In this document: positions 36,560 to 45,858 of the stretch, piece after piece
Layout: the number at the start of each line of letters is the position of its first letter
How positions within the stretch are numbered: position 1 is the first letter of the stretch
Assembly (NCBI GenBank): GCA_016927685.1
Contig: JAFGMD010000024.1
Coordinates: 7,314-71,313 of the forward strand
DNA length: 64,000 nt
Reading direction: 5' to 3'
DNA from: Candidatus Falkowbacteria bacterium
GTDB taxonomy: Bacteria > Patescibacteriota > Patescibacteriia > CAIXNZ01
Notes under the pieces: model-generated
What the model was told of the DNA's origin: nothing
Databases searched by the model: none
What the model saw: the letters and a program-made list of their open reading frames with translations, nothing else
Position numbers and translations under genes: made by a program

Positions 36560-37180
36560 ATGTTTATACCAACCTTTGTTTTAATAGGATTATTGCTCTT
36601 ATTAACATTTTTAGCCTATATGGGGTTATATTCAATTTCACTTTATGGTTTATATTTTCTATTAATAATAACCATAATTTATTTAATTTCCATATTGATT
36701 GATGCCTATAAAGTTATGGTATGGGGCTATGCGCCTTATATTAGAAGCGGAAAAAAAATAGTAAATAGAATTTTGCAAGAAGTTGATTTTAGAGACAACT
36801 CTGTTGTTTATGAGTTAGGCTGTGGTGATGGCAGATTTATTAGAGAGTTAGCCAAACAGAGGGAGATTAATTGTATAGGTTATGAATATTCTTTAGCGCC
36901 ATATTTATTGGCTAAATTATTTAATTTTTTTAGTAGAAAAAAGGTAAAAATATATTATAAAAATTTTTTTAATGAAAATTTGTCTAACGCCGATTACGTT
37001 TTTTGTTATTTAATGCCCAAGCCAATGGAAAAATTGTCTAAAAAATTTGAAAATGAATTAAGCCCAGGCGCTGTAATTATTTCCAATACATTTGCTATAA
37101 AAAATTGGCGGCCAAAAAAAGTTATAGAATTAAAAAAGAGAGGGGTCTTAAGCAATAAAATATACATATATATTAAATAA
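36560..37180 (+). CDS. Membrane-anchored class I SAM methyltransferase
   Basis: APYIRS, VYELGCGDGR, VFCYL, ISNTF. Confidence 0.85.
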   Translation: MFIPTFVLIGLLLLLTFLAYMGLYSISLYGLYFLLIITIIYLISILIDAYKVMVWGYAPYIRSGKKIVNRILQEVDFRDNSVVYELGCGDGRFIRELAKQREINCIGYEYSLAPYLLAKLFNFFSRKKVKIYYKNFFNENLSNADYVFCYLMPKPMEKLSKKFENELSPGAVIISNTFAIKNWRPKKVIELKKRGVLSNKIYIYIK

Positions 37181-37220
37181 AGCTATTTGCAGATATAAGC
37201 CCAATTGATATAATTTATTT

Positions 37221-38825
37221 ATGGAGATAAAGAATATATATACTAAAATAAAAGAACTGATTGAAAGGAATCAGTTCGTTTTGTATTTAGTTATTTTTAT
37301 TATTGTATTATTTACTTATTTATGGGTTCAATCAAGCCCGACCTTTTTAGATCCAGATTCATATTATCATTTGAAAATATCTAGGCTTATATATGAAAAT
37401 AGAGGCCCAATAATAAATTTTCCCTGGCTTCAATTCACGGTTTTAAAAAATTATTATATTGATCATCATTTTTTATACCATGTTTTAGCCGTCCCCTTCA
37501 TTTTGCTATTTGGCGATTTCCCTGGTTTTAAATTTTTTACTGTTATTCTAGCAACGGCTTTCGTATTACTTTCCTACACTTTTTTTAAGCGCTATAAATT
37601 AATATATCCTGAAATTTTTATTTTAACATTACTATTTGCCCCGGCACTTCTTTTTAGGATATCGCTAGCTAAAGCAAGCGCCTTTTCACTTTTAATTTTG
37701 TTTTTCGGGATTTACTGCCTTTTTAAAAGATATTATTACCTGTTATTTTTATTATCATTTTTTTATGTTTGGTCTTATGGTGGTTTTTTATTAATTTTGG
37801 GCGTAACAGGAATTTATGTTTTATCTGAAGCCGTTAATAAAATGATAAAAAGAAACCTAGCTAAAAGTTATAACCATAATTTAATCTTTTTATTTAAACA
37901 TATTTTTAATATTGAAAATTTGAAACTAGTATTTGCCTCTGCCACGGGGATTATCTGCGGTTTGATTATAAACCCTTATTTTCCCAAAAACCTTTTATTT
38001 TATTGGCAACAAATTGTGCAAATTGGCTTAGTTAATTATCGTAAAGTAGTTAATGTGGGTGGGGAATGGTACCCATATAATATTTCTAATTTATTACCAG
38101 ATAGTGGCGTTATTATTATTTTTGCCGCCCTTGCCCTAGTTTTATTTTTCATTTTTCACAAAAAGCAAAAAACCGAAAGTATTTTTTTTCTAATTTTAAG
38201 CATACTTTTTTTTATATTGACCCTTAAATCCAAGCGCTATGTTGAATATTTTATTCCTTTTTTAGTTTATTTTTCAGCTTTTTCATTAACACATAGCCTG
38301 CAAGGCATTAATATAGCAGAATATTTTAAAAAAATAAAAAAAGAAAGCGCAAGATTGGGCAAAATTATTTTTATTACAATTATTTATTTAGCGATTATTA
38401 TACCCACGATATTCATCAAAGATATTATTGAGATACATAAATCCTTTGAGGGCGGAATAAAATTCACGCGTTTTAGCGGTATAGCAACATATTTAAAAAA
38501 TAATAGCGCAAAAGGCGATATTATAATGCATACTTCTTGGGATGATTTTCCAATGCTATTTTATCAAAATGATAAAAATTATTATATTGTCGGCTTAGAC
38601 CCCACTTTTATGTATAAATACAATCCGAACCTTTATGAATCATATGCTGATATTACTATGGCAAAAAAATCAGATAATCTTTACCAGGAGATAAAAAACA
38701 ACTTCCGGGCAAGCTATTTTATTGTTAATAAAGGGCGTGATCAATTGGAGCGCAATTTGATCTTAGATGATAATTTTAGTAAAGTTTATGAAGATAATGA
38801 CGCTAAAATATTTAAGTTAAAATAA
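37221..38825 (+). CDS. Polytopic membrane protein, probable GT-C fold glycosyltransferase
   Basis: DPDSYYH after TM1, many TM helices, WDDFP in the extracytoplasmic C-terminal domain. Confidence 0.65.
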   Translation: MEIKNIYTKIKELIERNQFVLYLVIFIIVLFTYLWVQSSPTFLDPDSYYHLKISRLIYENRGPIINFPWLQFTVLKNYYIDHHFLYHVLAVPFILLFGDFPGFKFFTVILATAFVLLSYTFFKRYKLIYPEIFILTLLFAPALLFRISLAKASAFSLLILFFGIYCLFKRYYYLLFLLSFFYVWSYGGFLLILGVTGIYVLSEAVNKMIKRNLAKSYNHNLIFLFKHIFNIENLKLVFASATGIICGLIINPYFPKNLLFYWQQIVQIGLVNYRKVVNVGGEWYPYNISNLLPDSGVIIIFAALALVLFFIFHKKQKTESIFFLILSILFFILTLKSKRYVEYFIPFLVYFSAFSLTHSLQGINIAEYFKKIKKESARLGKIIFITIIYLAIIIPTIFIKDIIEIHKSFEGGIKFTRFSGIATYLKNNSAKGDIIMHTSWDDFPMLFYQNDKNYYIVGLDPTFMYKYNPNLYESYADITMAKKSDNLYQEIKNNFRASYFIVNKGRDQLERNLILDDNFSKVYEDNDAKIFKLK

Positions 38826-38827
38826 AT

Positions 38828-39544
38828 ATGAAGGTTTTAATTGTTATACCGGTTTATAACGAAGAAAAAATTATAGTTAAGAATTTAAAAAAATTGTATG
38901 ATTTCGCCCAGACAAATCTAACAGCATACAATTATAAAATTATAATTGCTGATAATAATTCAAGCGATCGGACAGCTACATTAGTTAAGGAAATAGAAAA
39001 ATCTTATCCGTTAATAAGCTATGAATTTTTTGTAAAAAGAGGCAAGGGCTTAGCAGTTATGCGAACGTGGCAAAAATATCAAAATGACTTTGACATCTTT
39101 GCTTTTATGGATGCGGATTTATCAACTGATTTAAGCGCCTTGCCACTACTTATAAATTCAATTATTACAAAAAATGATATAGTTATTGGTTCTCGGTATC
39201 AAAAAGGAGCAAGCGTGCAAAAACCTTTAGTGCGCCATATTCTCTCCCTTGGTTATCGCACAATTTTGCATTTATTATTAGATACAAAAATTAATGATTT
39301 TCCCTGTGGCTTTAAGGCTATTAATAAAAAAATCCTTGAACAAATTGTTCCGCTTATTAAAAATGACCAATTCTTTTTTGATACAGAATTGGTCTATTTG
39401 GCCGAGCAACGAAATTTTATGATTGAAGAAATACCCGTAAAATGGTCTGAGCCACGAAGTAAAAGTGAAAGTAAAATTAACTTGAAAAGCGTATCATGGC
39501 GTTATTTAAAAGAGGTGTGGAGGATAAGCCGTAAGAAATATTAA
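38828..39544 (+). CDS. GT2 glycosyltransferase (polyprenol-phosphate hexosyltransferase-like)
   Basis: VIPVYNE, DNNSSDRT, FMDADLS, GSRY, DFPCGFKA, FFDTEL. Confidence 0.9.
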   Translation: MKVLIVIPVYNEEKIIVKNLKKLYDFAQTNLTAYNYKIIIADNNSSDRTATLVKEIEKSYPLISYEFFVKRGKGLAVMRTWQKYQNDFDIFAFMDADLSTDLSALPLLINSIITKNDIVIGSRYQKGASVQKPLVRHILSLGYRTILHLLLDTKINDFPCGFKAINKKILEQIVPLIKNDQFFFDTELVYLAEQRNFMIEEIPVKWSEPRSKSESKINLKSVSWRYLKEVWRISRKKY

Positions 39545-39555
39545 AATTTTAAGGA

Positions 39556-41439
39556 TTAAATAACAGCAAATTCACCTAAAATTTTTTCTGTATCAATTAT
39601 TTTTTTAATACTACCAACGCCTGTAAGTTCAAATCCACCCATGATATCAATTAATAATATATTATCATTGATTATTGGCATATCGTAAAAATTTATTTGG
39701 ATTATTTGATTGGTTTGCCATTCGCTTGTAGGGTAAAGCCCATAGCCTAAAGTTTGTATTACACCATTAATTTTTAAAAAGTAATTTTTATCAATCTTCT
39801 GAAGCGGCTTAAAGAACAATGAAATTTTATCGCCCTCTTTATTATAGCCAAGAAATTTTATTTTTCCTCCCAAGCTTGTCTCTTGGGGGGTTTTAATATC
39901 AGGCAGTCTATTTTCATATATTTCATATAATACAGGCTCTGCTCCGTTATAATCTTTTTGCCATAGGGCGATATTATTCTTAAGCATCTTTAGGTGTAAG
40001 TTTTTTTCCCTCAATAATTTTTTTAAATTATTATCGCCCTCATAATAATAAGTAGGAACAGTGTTTTGATATTGTAAATGGAAGCCTGTTATATCATTAA
40101 AATCTACTAGTAAATACTGGGTATCATTTGGGACAATATAATCTCCTACATTGTATTGTTGTCGGCCCAAAAAGACATAGTTTAGTGCATATAATTTTTT
40201 ACGCGATGATAAATAAGTCAGAAAATCATACCCCGTTATTACAGAGTCGGATTCTGGTATTTGTTCTATAAATTCATTTCTTAATTTTACTTTTTCATAA
40301 TCTGTAATAAAAATTATTTTAATAAATGGCAAAAGTGGCCCGAGAGTTAGAAAAATATAGATAAAAGCCGAGATTAAAACAATAATTAAAACATCTTTAC
40401 TCTTTTCATAAAAGTTCATAAATTTTCTACTACTAGAAAGAGCTTTTATAGAAAAAATTGTTGAGAGGCAAAAAACTGCAATAAAGACTGTGGCATAGTG
40501 TGTTTTAAACACGATATCGCCGGGTTTAAGTATAAAAATAATACCTAAAAAGTATCCTAAACATAGTAATAAATTTTTTGGGCGGTATAGCGGAATAAAA
40601 AGAAAAACCATAAAAAATCCCAAAACAATTTCTAGATTTTGTATTATCATAATTTTTTGCAGGACTTCTGGAAATTTAATAAAAACATTTTCAATCATTT
40701 CCAGCGGGTTATTACCTAGCCAGGAATAATTTACAAAAAATTTATAAGAACCGGAAGTGGAAAAATGAGCAATAATTTTTAAGGCAAGTAAAAAATATAT
40801 TGCCGAAAGGATCATTGGGGATAAAATCCATTTTAATTTTTTTCTTTCAATAATGGCAAGAATGCCAAACATAAAAATAGCCAGCGGTATATCTTCGCGT
40901 ATTAATAAACTCAATAAAATAAATATAATAAAAGGTTTGAATTTATTTTGGTCATAAAAATAATATGCGTAAAACAGGAAAAATATTGCGAGGGGCAACA
41001 TATGAAATTCAAAAAGGTTTATATCCATGGTGACTGGGTTAAACAAGTAAAGCAAAATAACCAATAAAGATTGCAAAGGGCTTAAATGATTTTTACATAT
41101 TAAAAAAAGCGGAATAGCTGCCAGGGTAATAAATATAGTTTGTAAAAATAATAAAACAAGAGGAGATTTATAGAGAGAATAAAATGGTATGAGAAATAAA
41201 ATCAAAGGTTTAAAATGATCGCCTAAATATGAAGTGGGGTGAATAGTAAAATGGAAGAAATTGCCCAGGGAAGAGTTATAAAAAACCTGGTTAAAAATTG
41301 CCAGATCCATGGCATGATAAAGAAAGGTAAAATATTTAAATAAACAGATACTAAAAGTGAAGGCAATGTAGATTGCCATTAAAATCCAGGTTAATTTGGC
41401 TAATTTTAGCCAATCAATTGTTCTGAAGTATTTGATCAT
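39556..41439 (-). CDS. DUF2079-like polytopic membrane protein (probable GT-C)
   Basis: DLAIFNQ, LGDHF, EFH and IRED motifs; many TM helices. Confidence 0.7.
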   Translation of the reverse strand: MIKYFRTIDWLKLAKLTWILMAIYIAFTFSICLFKYFTFLYHAMDLAIFNQVFYNSSLGNFFHFTIHPTSYLGDHFKPLILFLIPFYSLYKSPLVLLFLQTIFITLAAIPLFLICKNHLSPLQSLLVILLYLFNPVTMDINLFEFHMLPLAIFFLFYAYYFYDQNKFKPFIIFILLSLLIREDIPLAIFMFGILAIIERKKLKWILSPMILSAIYFLLALKIIAHFSTSGSYKFFVNYSWLGNNPLEMIENVFIKFPEVLQKIMIIQNLEIVLGFFMVFLFIPLYRPKNLLLCLGYFLGIIFILKPGDIVFKTHYATVFIAVFCLSTIFSIKALSSSRKFMNFYEKSKDVLIIVLISAFIYIFLTLGPLLPFIKIIFITDYEKVKLRNEFIEQIPESDSVITGYDFLTYLSSRKKLYALNYVFLGRQQYNVGDYIVPNDTQYLLVDFNDITGFHLQYQNTVPTYYYEGDNNLKKLLREKNLHLKMLKNNIALWQKDYNGAEPVLYEIYENRLPDIKTPQETSLGGKIKFLGYNKEGDKISLFFKPLQKIDKNYFLKINGVIQTLGYGLYPTSEWQTNQIIQINFYDMPIINDNILLIDIMGGFELTGVGSIKKIIDTEKILGEFAVI

Positions 41440-41585
41440 GATAATTCAATTTTATACTATTTTTTGTTTAAGATAAAGCTGTGGTCTTGACAGAATTGTT
41501 AAAATATGCTATAATTCAGTAATGAATTGATAATATATAGTGTACTTTGATTTTTAACTAAAACTGAAAAAATAGGAGGAATAGA

Positions 41586-42122
41586 ATGAAAAAGTATCTG
41601 GTGTTGGCATTTGTGGCTTTTCTGGCGGTCAATTGTGCGACTAAAAAGTCAAGCGTGTACCGTACCGAGATCAAGAGGCCAGGCGTGGTTTTGTCAACTA
41701 ATGACGTTGATATCGCAACCGAGGTTGCTAACCACAACAACAATTACGCGACTCTGCCGCCAAGTATTGACGAGGCCTTGAAGGTCAACCCGCATGCTTA
41801 TGTCAAAGTTGACGCAAATGGCGTGACCTACTATGGCGAGTCTGCCAGCGGTGGGTATATGCAGGGCATCTGGGAGAATTATACTAATTCTCCTCTAGAG
41901 GTGACCATTTTCCAGCAAAATGAGCAGATAGCTCAATTCATGGTCCCGCCAAAGAAGTATACCCGCCTTGCTTTGCTCCCCGGGTCTTATCAATCAGTTG
42001 TCAAGGCTGGTAGAGAGGTTGTCCGTTCGGAATTCCTACTCAGCCCGATCAAAGGGCGAGCCTATTCATCATTAGCTAAGGAATGGTGCGATTTTACTCA
42101 ATACAATCGCACCAAAGATTAA
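41586..42122 (+). CDS. Hypothetical lipoprotein
   Basis: LAVNC lipobox-like; TTGACA-17-TATAAT at 41487..41515; SD AGGAGG; terminator aacgaggctgt/acagcctcgtt. Confidence 0.7.
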   Translation: MKKYLVLAFVAFLAVNCATKKSSVYRTEIKRPGVVLSTNDVDIATEVANHNNNYATLPPSIDEALKVNPHAYVKVDANGVTYYGESASGGYMQGIWENYTNSPLEVTIFQQNEQIAQFMVPPKKYTRLALLPGSYQSVVKAGREVVRSEFLLSPIKGRAYSSLAKEWCDFTQYNRTKD

Positions 42123-42189
42123 TAAGCATTCAAAAAATAACGAGGCTGTTGTTATGACAGCCTCGTTTTTATTTTGATCCTTAATTTTG

Positions 42190-42615
42190 TTAGGGCGTTG
42201 TTCCGCCTTGTTCAATTCCATTGCCGCCAGGAGCAAAAATTCCGCCCTGTGAAGAGTTTATAATTACATAAAAGACAAAATTAGTAATAGCATAAGCAGA
42301 AATTATAATAACTAAGCCGATTATTGCGTAATAAATTATGTTTTTCCCTTTTTTCACCGCATCTTCCTTCCCTTGGGCTGTCATATATATAAAGCCGCCA
42401 TATATTATTAAAATAACAGCAGCAATCCCCAAAATGGTCAGGGCAGTTCTTATTAAAACAGCAGCAATTTGCTGCGGCGAAGTATAACTGCCGCCATATA
42501 CCTGTTGGCCAAAGCTATTTACATTTTCGCTGATACTAAAAGCGCCTGCTAGATTTGGCAATAAACAAAGAGAAATTAATATTAAGTAAAATAATTTGTA
42601 TAAATTTTTGTTCAT
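42190..42615 (-). CDS. TrbC/VirB2-like pilin
   Basis: IIYGGFIYMTAQGKEDAVKKGKNIIYYAIIGLVII. Confidence 0.85.
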   Translation of the reverse strand: MNKNLYKLFYLILISLCLLPNLAGAFSISENVNSFGQQVYGGSYTSPQQIAAVLIRTALTILGIAAVILIIYGGFIYMTAQGKEDAVKKGKNIIYYAIIGLVIIISAYAITNFVFYVIINSSQGGIFAPGGNGIEQGGTTP

Positions 42616-42636
42616 AAAAATTATTATTATAAACTA

Positions 42637-43197
42637 TTATATTGGCGGGTTTTCTGGGGCAGTCGGCGTTTGCGGCTGGTCTATTGTGTGCGTACAACCA
42701 CAGCCCGTTGCACAGCATGATTGGCTGCAACATTCTAGCTCCCCCTGATTGCGATAACTGCAGCAATAACAAGAAAAGTAATCTCTATCTTCTGGATTTT
42801 CGCATCTTTCTGTAAAAGGAGGAGGAGTAGCGCCTGGTTGCTCTAAATTTTTGGCAACAAAATAAGTAATAGAATAACCTGAAATAATAATTACCAGGCC
42901 AACTACAGCCGTAGTGATTGTTTTTTTACCGCTACTAACCTTTTTTTCATCACCCTGTGAAGTTAAATATAAATATCCTCCGTATATTAATAATATTGTA
43001 AAGATAATGCCAATGAGGGTAAAGGCCACTTTAATGATGCTTGCTGCGTATTGTTGCGGCGTTGTGGTTTCCCCATAGCCAACTTGAGTAGCAGTGCTAG
43101 TAAGCCCTTGCAGGAATTTTGAGGCCTGAATTTCTTGGCAGGACAATAAAATTCCTAAACTAATAACGATTATTAAAATGATAATTTTTTTGTTCAT
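42637..43197 (-). CDS. TrbC/VirB2-like pilin with Cys-rich C-terminal extension
   Basis: LIYGGYLYLTSQGDEKKVSSGKK; tail CYCC..CCSQSCCATGCGC. Confidence 0.85.
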   Translation of the reverse strand: MNKKIIILIIVISLGILLSCQEIQASKFLQGLTSTATQVGYGETTTPQQYAASIIKVAFTLIGIIFTILLIYGGYLYLTSQGDEKKVSSGKKTITTAVVGLVIIISGYSITYFVAKNLEQPGATPPPFTERCENPEDRDYFSCYCCSYRNQGELECCSQSCCATGCGCTHTIDQPQTPTAPENPPI

Positions 43198-43601
43198 ATT
43201 TGTACTTCTATTGACGGCTCAGTTGTTTCTTGTGGTTCAAGGAGGGAAGCCACAAAATACGAAATTGAATAAGCAGTTACAATGATGGCCAAGCCAATTA
43301 TTGCGCTAATTATTATTTTTTTCGCCTTATTGACATTTTCCTCATTTCCTCTGGCTGTCATCCAGACATAGCCTCCATAAATAACTAGAATAAAAAATAC
43401 TACTCCAACTAGGCCTAAAATTGCTTGTATGATCCTGACTACAATTTCAGTCCACCCTATGCCAGTTTCTAAGCCTGCTTCGCCGGCTGATGTATTAATA
43501 TATTGACCTGAATTTTGAATATTCAAGGCCAGGCAGGGGAGCGCTGACATGCCAAGGAGAACTATTAGTAAAAATATTATAAAAGTAATTTTTTTTCGCA
43601 T
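43194..43601 (-). CDS. TrbC/VirB2-like pilin
   Basis: VIYGGYVWMTARGNEENVNKAKKII. Confidence 0.85.
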   Translation of the reverse strand: MRKKITFIIFLLIVLLGMSALPCLALNIQNSGQYINTSAGEAGLETGIGWTEIVVRIIQAILGLVGVVFFILVIYGGYVWMTARGNEENVNKAKKIIISAIIGLAIIVTAYSISYFVASLLEPQETTEPSIEVQI

Positions 43602-43609
43602 AGTAATGA

Positions 43610-44026
43610 TTAAATTTGATAAATTTGGTCCGAGTCCTGTTCTGGCGTTTCCGGTTCAATGGCCGAGGAAATAAAATATGTTATTGAATAAGCCGCTGCC
43701 ACTATTAATAAGCCTATTACAGCGTAAATAATAATTTTTTTAGCTTTTTGAACTTTTTCTGTAGTCCCTGCCGCAGTCATATATAAAAAACCTCCATAGA
43801 TAATTAATACTACAAACATGGCACCAACAAGACCCAAAAATAAGTTAATTACCATCGCTACTACTTCGGCAAACTCCGCTTTTTGCAAACCTGTTTCGGT
43901 TTGTGTCTGCTGGGTAAATTCATTAATATTTTGCAAGCTATAGGCATTGAGCAGAGAAGCAGAAAATAAAAAAATACCAAACAGAATGGTTGTTAAAAGA
44001 AAAAATTTTAAATATTTACTAGGCAT
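43610..44026 (-). CDS. TrbC/VirB2-like pilin
   Basis: IIYGGFLYMTAAGTTEKVQKAKKII. Confidence 0.85.
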   Translation of the reverse strand: MPSKYLKFFLLTTILFGIFLFSASLLNAYSLQNINEFTQQTQTETGLQKAEFAEVVAMVINLFLGLVGAMFVVLIIYGGFLYMTAAGTTEKVQKAKKIIIYAVIGLLIVAAAYSITYFISSAIEPETPEQDSDQIYQI

Positions 44027-44039
44027 GTTTAAGATTTAT

Positions 44040-44414
44040 TTATTGCCCGCCAACTGCCTGAAAAATAAGTGCTGTTATGGCATATGCGGCCCCCAGAACA
44101 ATAGCGCCGATAATTGACCACTTAATTACCTCCTTGCCCTTATCGACTTTTTTAGAATCACCAGCCGCACTCATTATTAAAATTCCGCCGTATACCATTA
44201 AAAATAAGAAAAGCGAACCAGCAATGGCCAAGGCAGCGCCGGCAATGCGGCCCAGAAATACTGGTGCATCAATCATAAGGCTTTCGCCTAGCCCTGCCTC
44301 TTTAGCCGTGGTTGATAAACCATGATCTCCTTGAGCAGAAACAGTATTAGCGCCATAAATAGAAAATAATAAAATAAAAATTTTTGTAATACTTGTTATA
44401 TATTTTTTAATCAT
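44040..44414 (-). CDS. TrbC/VirB2-like pilin
   Basis: MVYGGILIMSAAGDSKKVDKGKEVI. Confidence 0.85.
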   Translation of the reverse strand: MIKKYITSITKIFILLFSIYGANTVSAQGDHGLSTTAKEAGLGESLMIDAPVFLGRIAGAALAIAGSLFLFLMVYGGILIMSAAGDSKKVDKGKEVIKWSIIGAIVLGAAYAITALIFQAVGGQ

Positions 44415-44425
44415 ATTGACTATTA

Positions 44426-44461
44426 AATATTAAGGGCAGACGATTGCCTGCCCTTAATATT
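44426..44461 (-). terminator. Strong hairpin inside the pilin array
   Basis: aatattaagggcag-8 nt-ctgcccttaatatt, a 14-bp perfect stem. Confidence 0.7.
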
Positions 44462-44467
44462 CCTTAA

Positions 44468-44842
44468 TTACTGTTGAGATGTCGCATTAATAATATTGGT
44501 CAAAACGAAATTGGCAATGGCATATGCCGATAAGATAATCACAAGACCTATTACGCCCTGAAAGATAAGCTTCTTTGCAGTTTTTACGTTTTCTTCATTA
44601 CCCATGGCAGTCATCCATTTAAAGCCGCCTACTAATATGATAACCACGGCAACTACGCCTAAAAGGCCCATGGCCACATTAATTATTGTGGCAATAGTTG
44701 TTCTGATGTCGCCTGTGGGTAAACCGGTTGAAGTAACATAGCTTAAGCCCACATCTAAAGTTGTTTGCGCTGCGACTAATTCTGGCAAAAGAATTAGGGC
44801 TAAAAGTCCTAATATCATGCCAATTTTCATCCCTTTTTTCAT
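44468..44842 (-). CDS. TrbC/VirB2-like pilin (candidate major subunit)
   Basis: ILVGGFKWMTAMGNEENVKTAKKLI; has its own upstream gap and downstream hairpin. Confidence 0.85.
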   Translation of the reverse strand: MKKGMKIGMILGLLALILLPELVAAQTTLDVGLSYVTSTGLPTGDIRTTIATIINVAMGLLGVVAVVIILVGGFKWMTAMGNEENVKTAKKLIFQGVIGLVIILSAYAIANFVLTNIINATSQQ

Positions 44843-45000
44843 AATTGGATCCTTCTTAGCTTAGTTAATTCACTAAGCAATAAGATTAATTATTTAAATA
44901 TATTTATCCGTTTAAAAGCGGTTTTTAAAAAAACATTATCTTTATAATATTATACTATTTTAGCTTTCAAACCGCAATATTTAAATATTTTTTATTATAT

Positions 45001-45372
45001 TTATGTGCCACTCTGTGTAATACCCGTTATAATATAATTTACAAAAATATAGCTGCCAAATATTATTAAAAGTCCGATTACAGACCAAATTAGTATGTCT
45101 TTGCCCTTTTTAACCATATCTGGGTTGCCATGGGAAGTCAGCATAAACATGCCGCCATAGATAAACATAATAAAGGCAATTGAGCCAACTATAGCCAAAA
45201 CAGCTTTTATGATTCGCCCTATTAATTTTTGCACTCCGGCCTCTCCCGGCTCAAGCTTAATAGGCGAAATATCACTAATACTTACTTGACCTAATGCGGG
45301 AATATAATTAAGAAATATTCCTATAGTGGCCAATAATATTGTTATTAAGATAAGAAATCTAATTTTTTTCAT
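45001..45372 (-). CDS. TrbC/VirB2-like pilin
   Basis: FIYGGMFMLTSHGNPDMVKKGKDIL. Confidence 0.85.
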   Translation of the reverse strand: MKKIRFLILITILLATIGIFLNYIPALGQVSISDISPIKLEPGEAGVQKLIGRIIKAVLAIVGSIAFIMFIYGGMFMLTSHGNPDMVKKGKDILIWSVIGLLIIFGSYIFVNYIITGITQSGT

Positions 45373-45388
45373 AAAAATTTATATTAAT

Positions 45389-45853
45389 TTATTTACATTC
45401 TCCGGTTTGGACGTCACATTTTTTGCCCGCTGGGCAATTAGCATCGCTTTTACACGGGCAGATGAGCTTTGATTCAATCCATTGCTGGGGGTCTGAAATT
45501 TCACCGCCTGAAACAACAACCAATATAAAGGCAATAATAAAATATGCCAAAAAAATAATGGCCATCCCAATTAAGGCATTAATTATTATATCTTTACCCT
45601 TTTTAACTTGATTTGGGTTACCACCAGAAATCAGCATTGTAAAACCGCCATAAATAAAATATAGCAGCAACAAACTTCCAACTATAGCTAAAATGAATTT
45701 GCCAATATTTATCGCCACATTGACCATATCACAAAGTGTGCAATCTCCAGTCGCAGTGCAAGGTGGTAAGATTTGGGCATTTGCGCATTTTATTCCAAAA
45801 AACAATATAAAAATTATTACGAATAAGCTGAGGATGTATTTTTTGTTTAACAT
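45389..45853 (-). CDS. TrbC/VirB2-like pilin with Cys motifs at both ends
   Basis: LPPCTATGDCTLCD...FIYGGFTMLISGGNPNQVKKGK...CPCKSDANCPAGKKC. Confidence 0.85.
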   Translation of the reverse strand: MLNKKYILSLFVIIFILFFGIKCANAQILPPCTATGDCTLCDMVNVAINIGKFILAIVGSLLLLYFIYGGFTMLISGGNPNQVKKGKDIIINALIGMAIIFLAYFIIAFILVVVSGGEISDPQQWIESKLICPCKSDANCPAGKKCDVQTGECK

Positions 45854-45858
45854 ATAAT

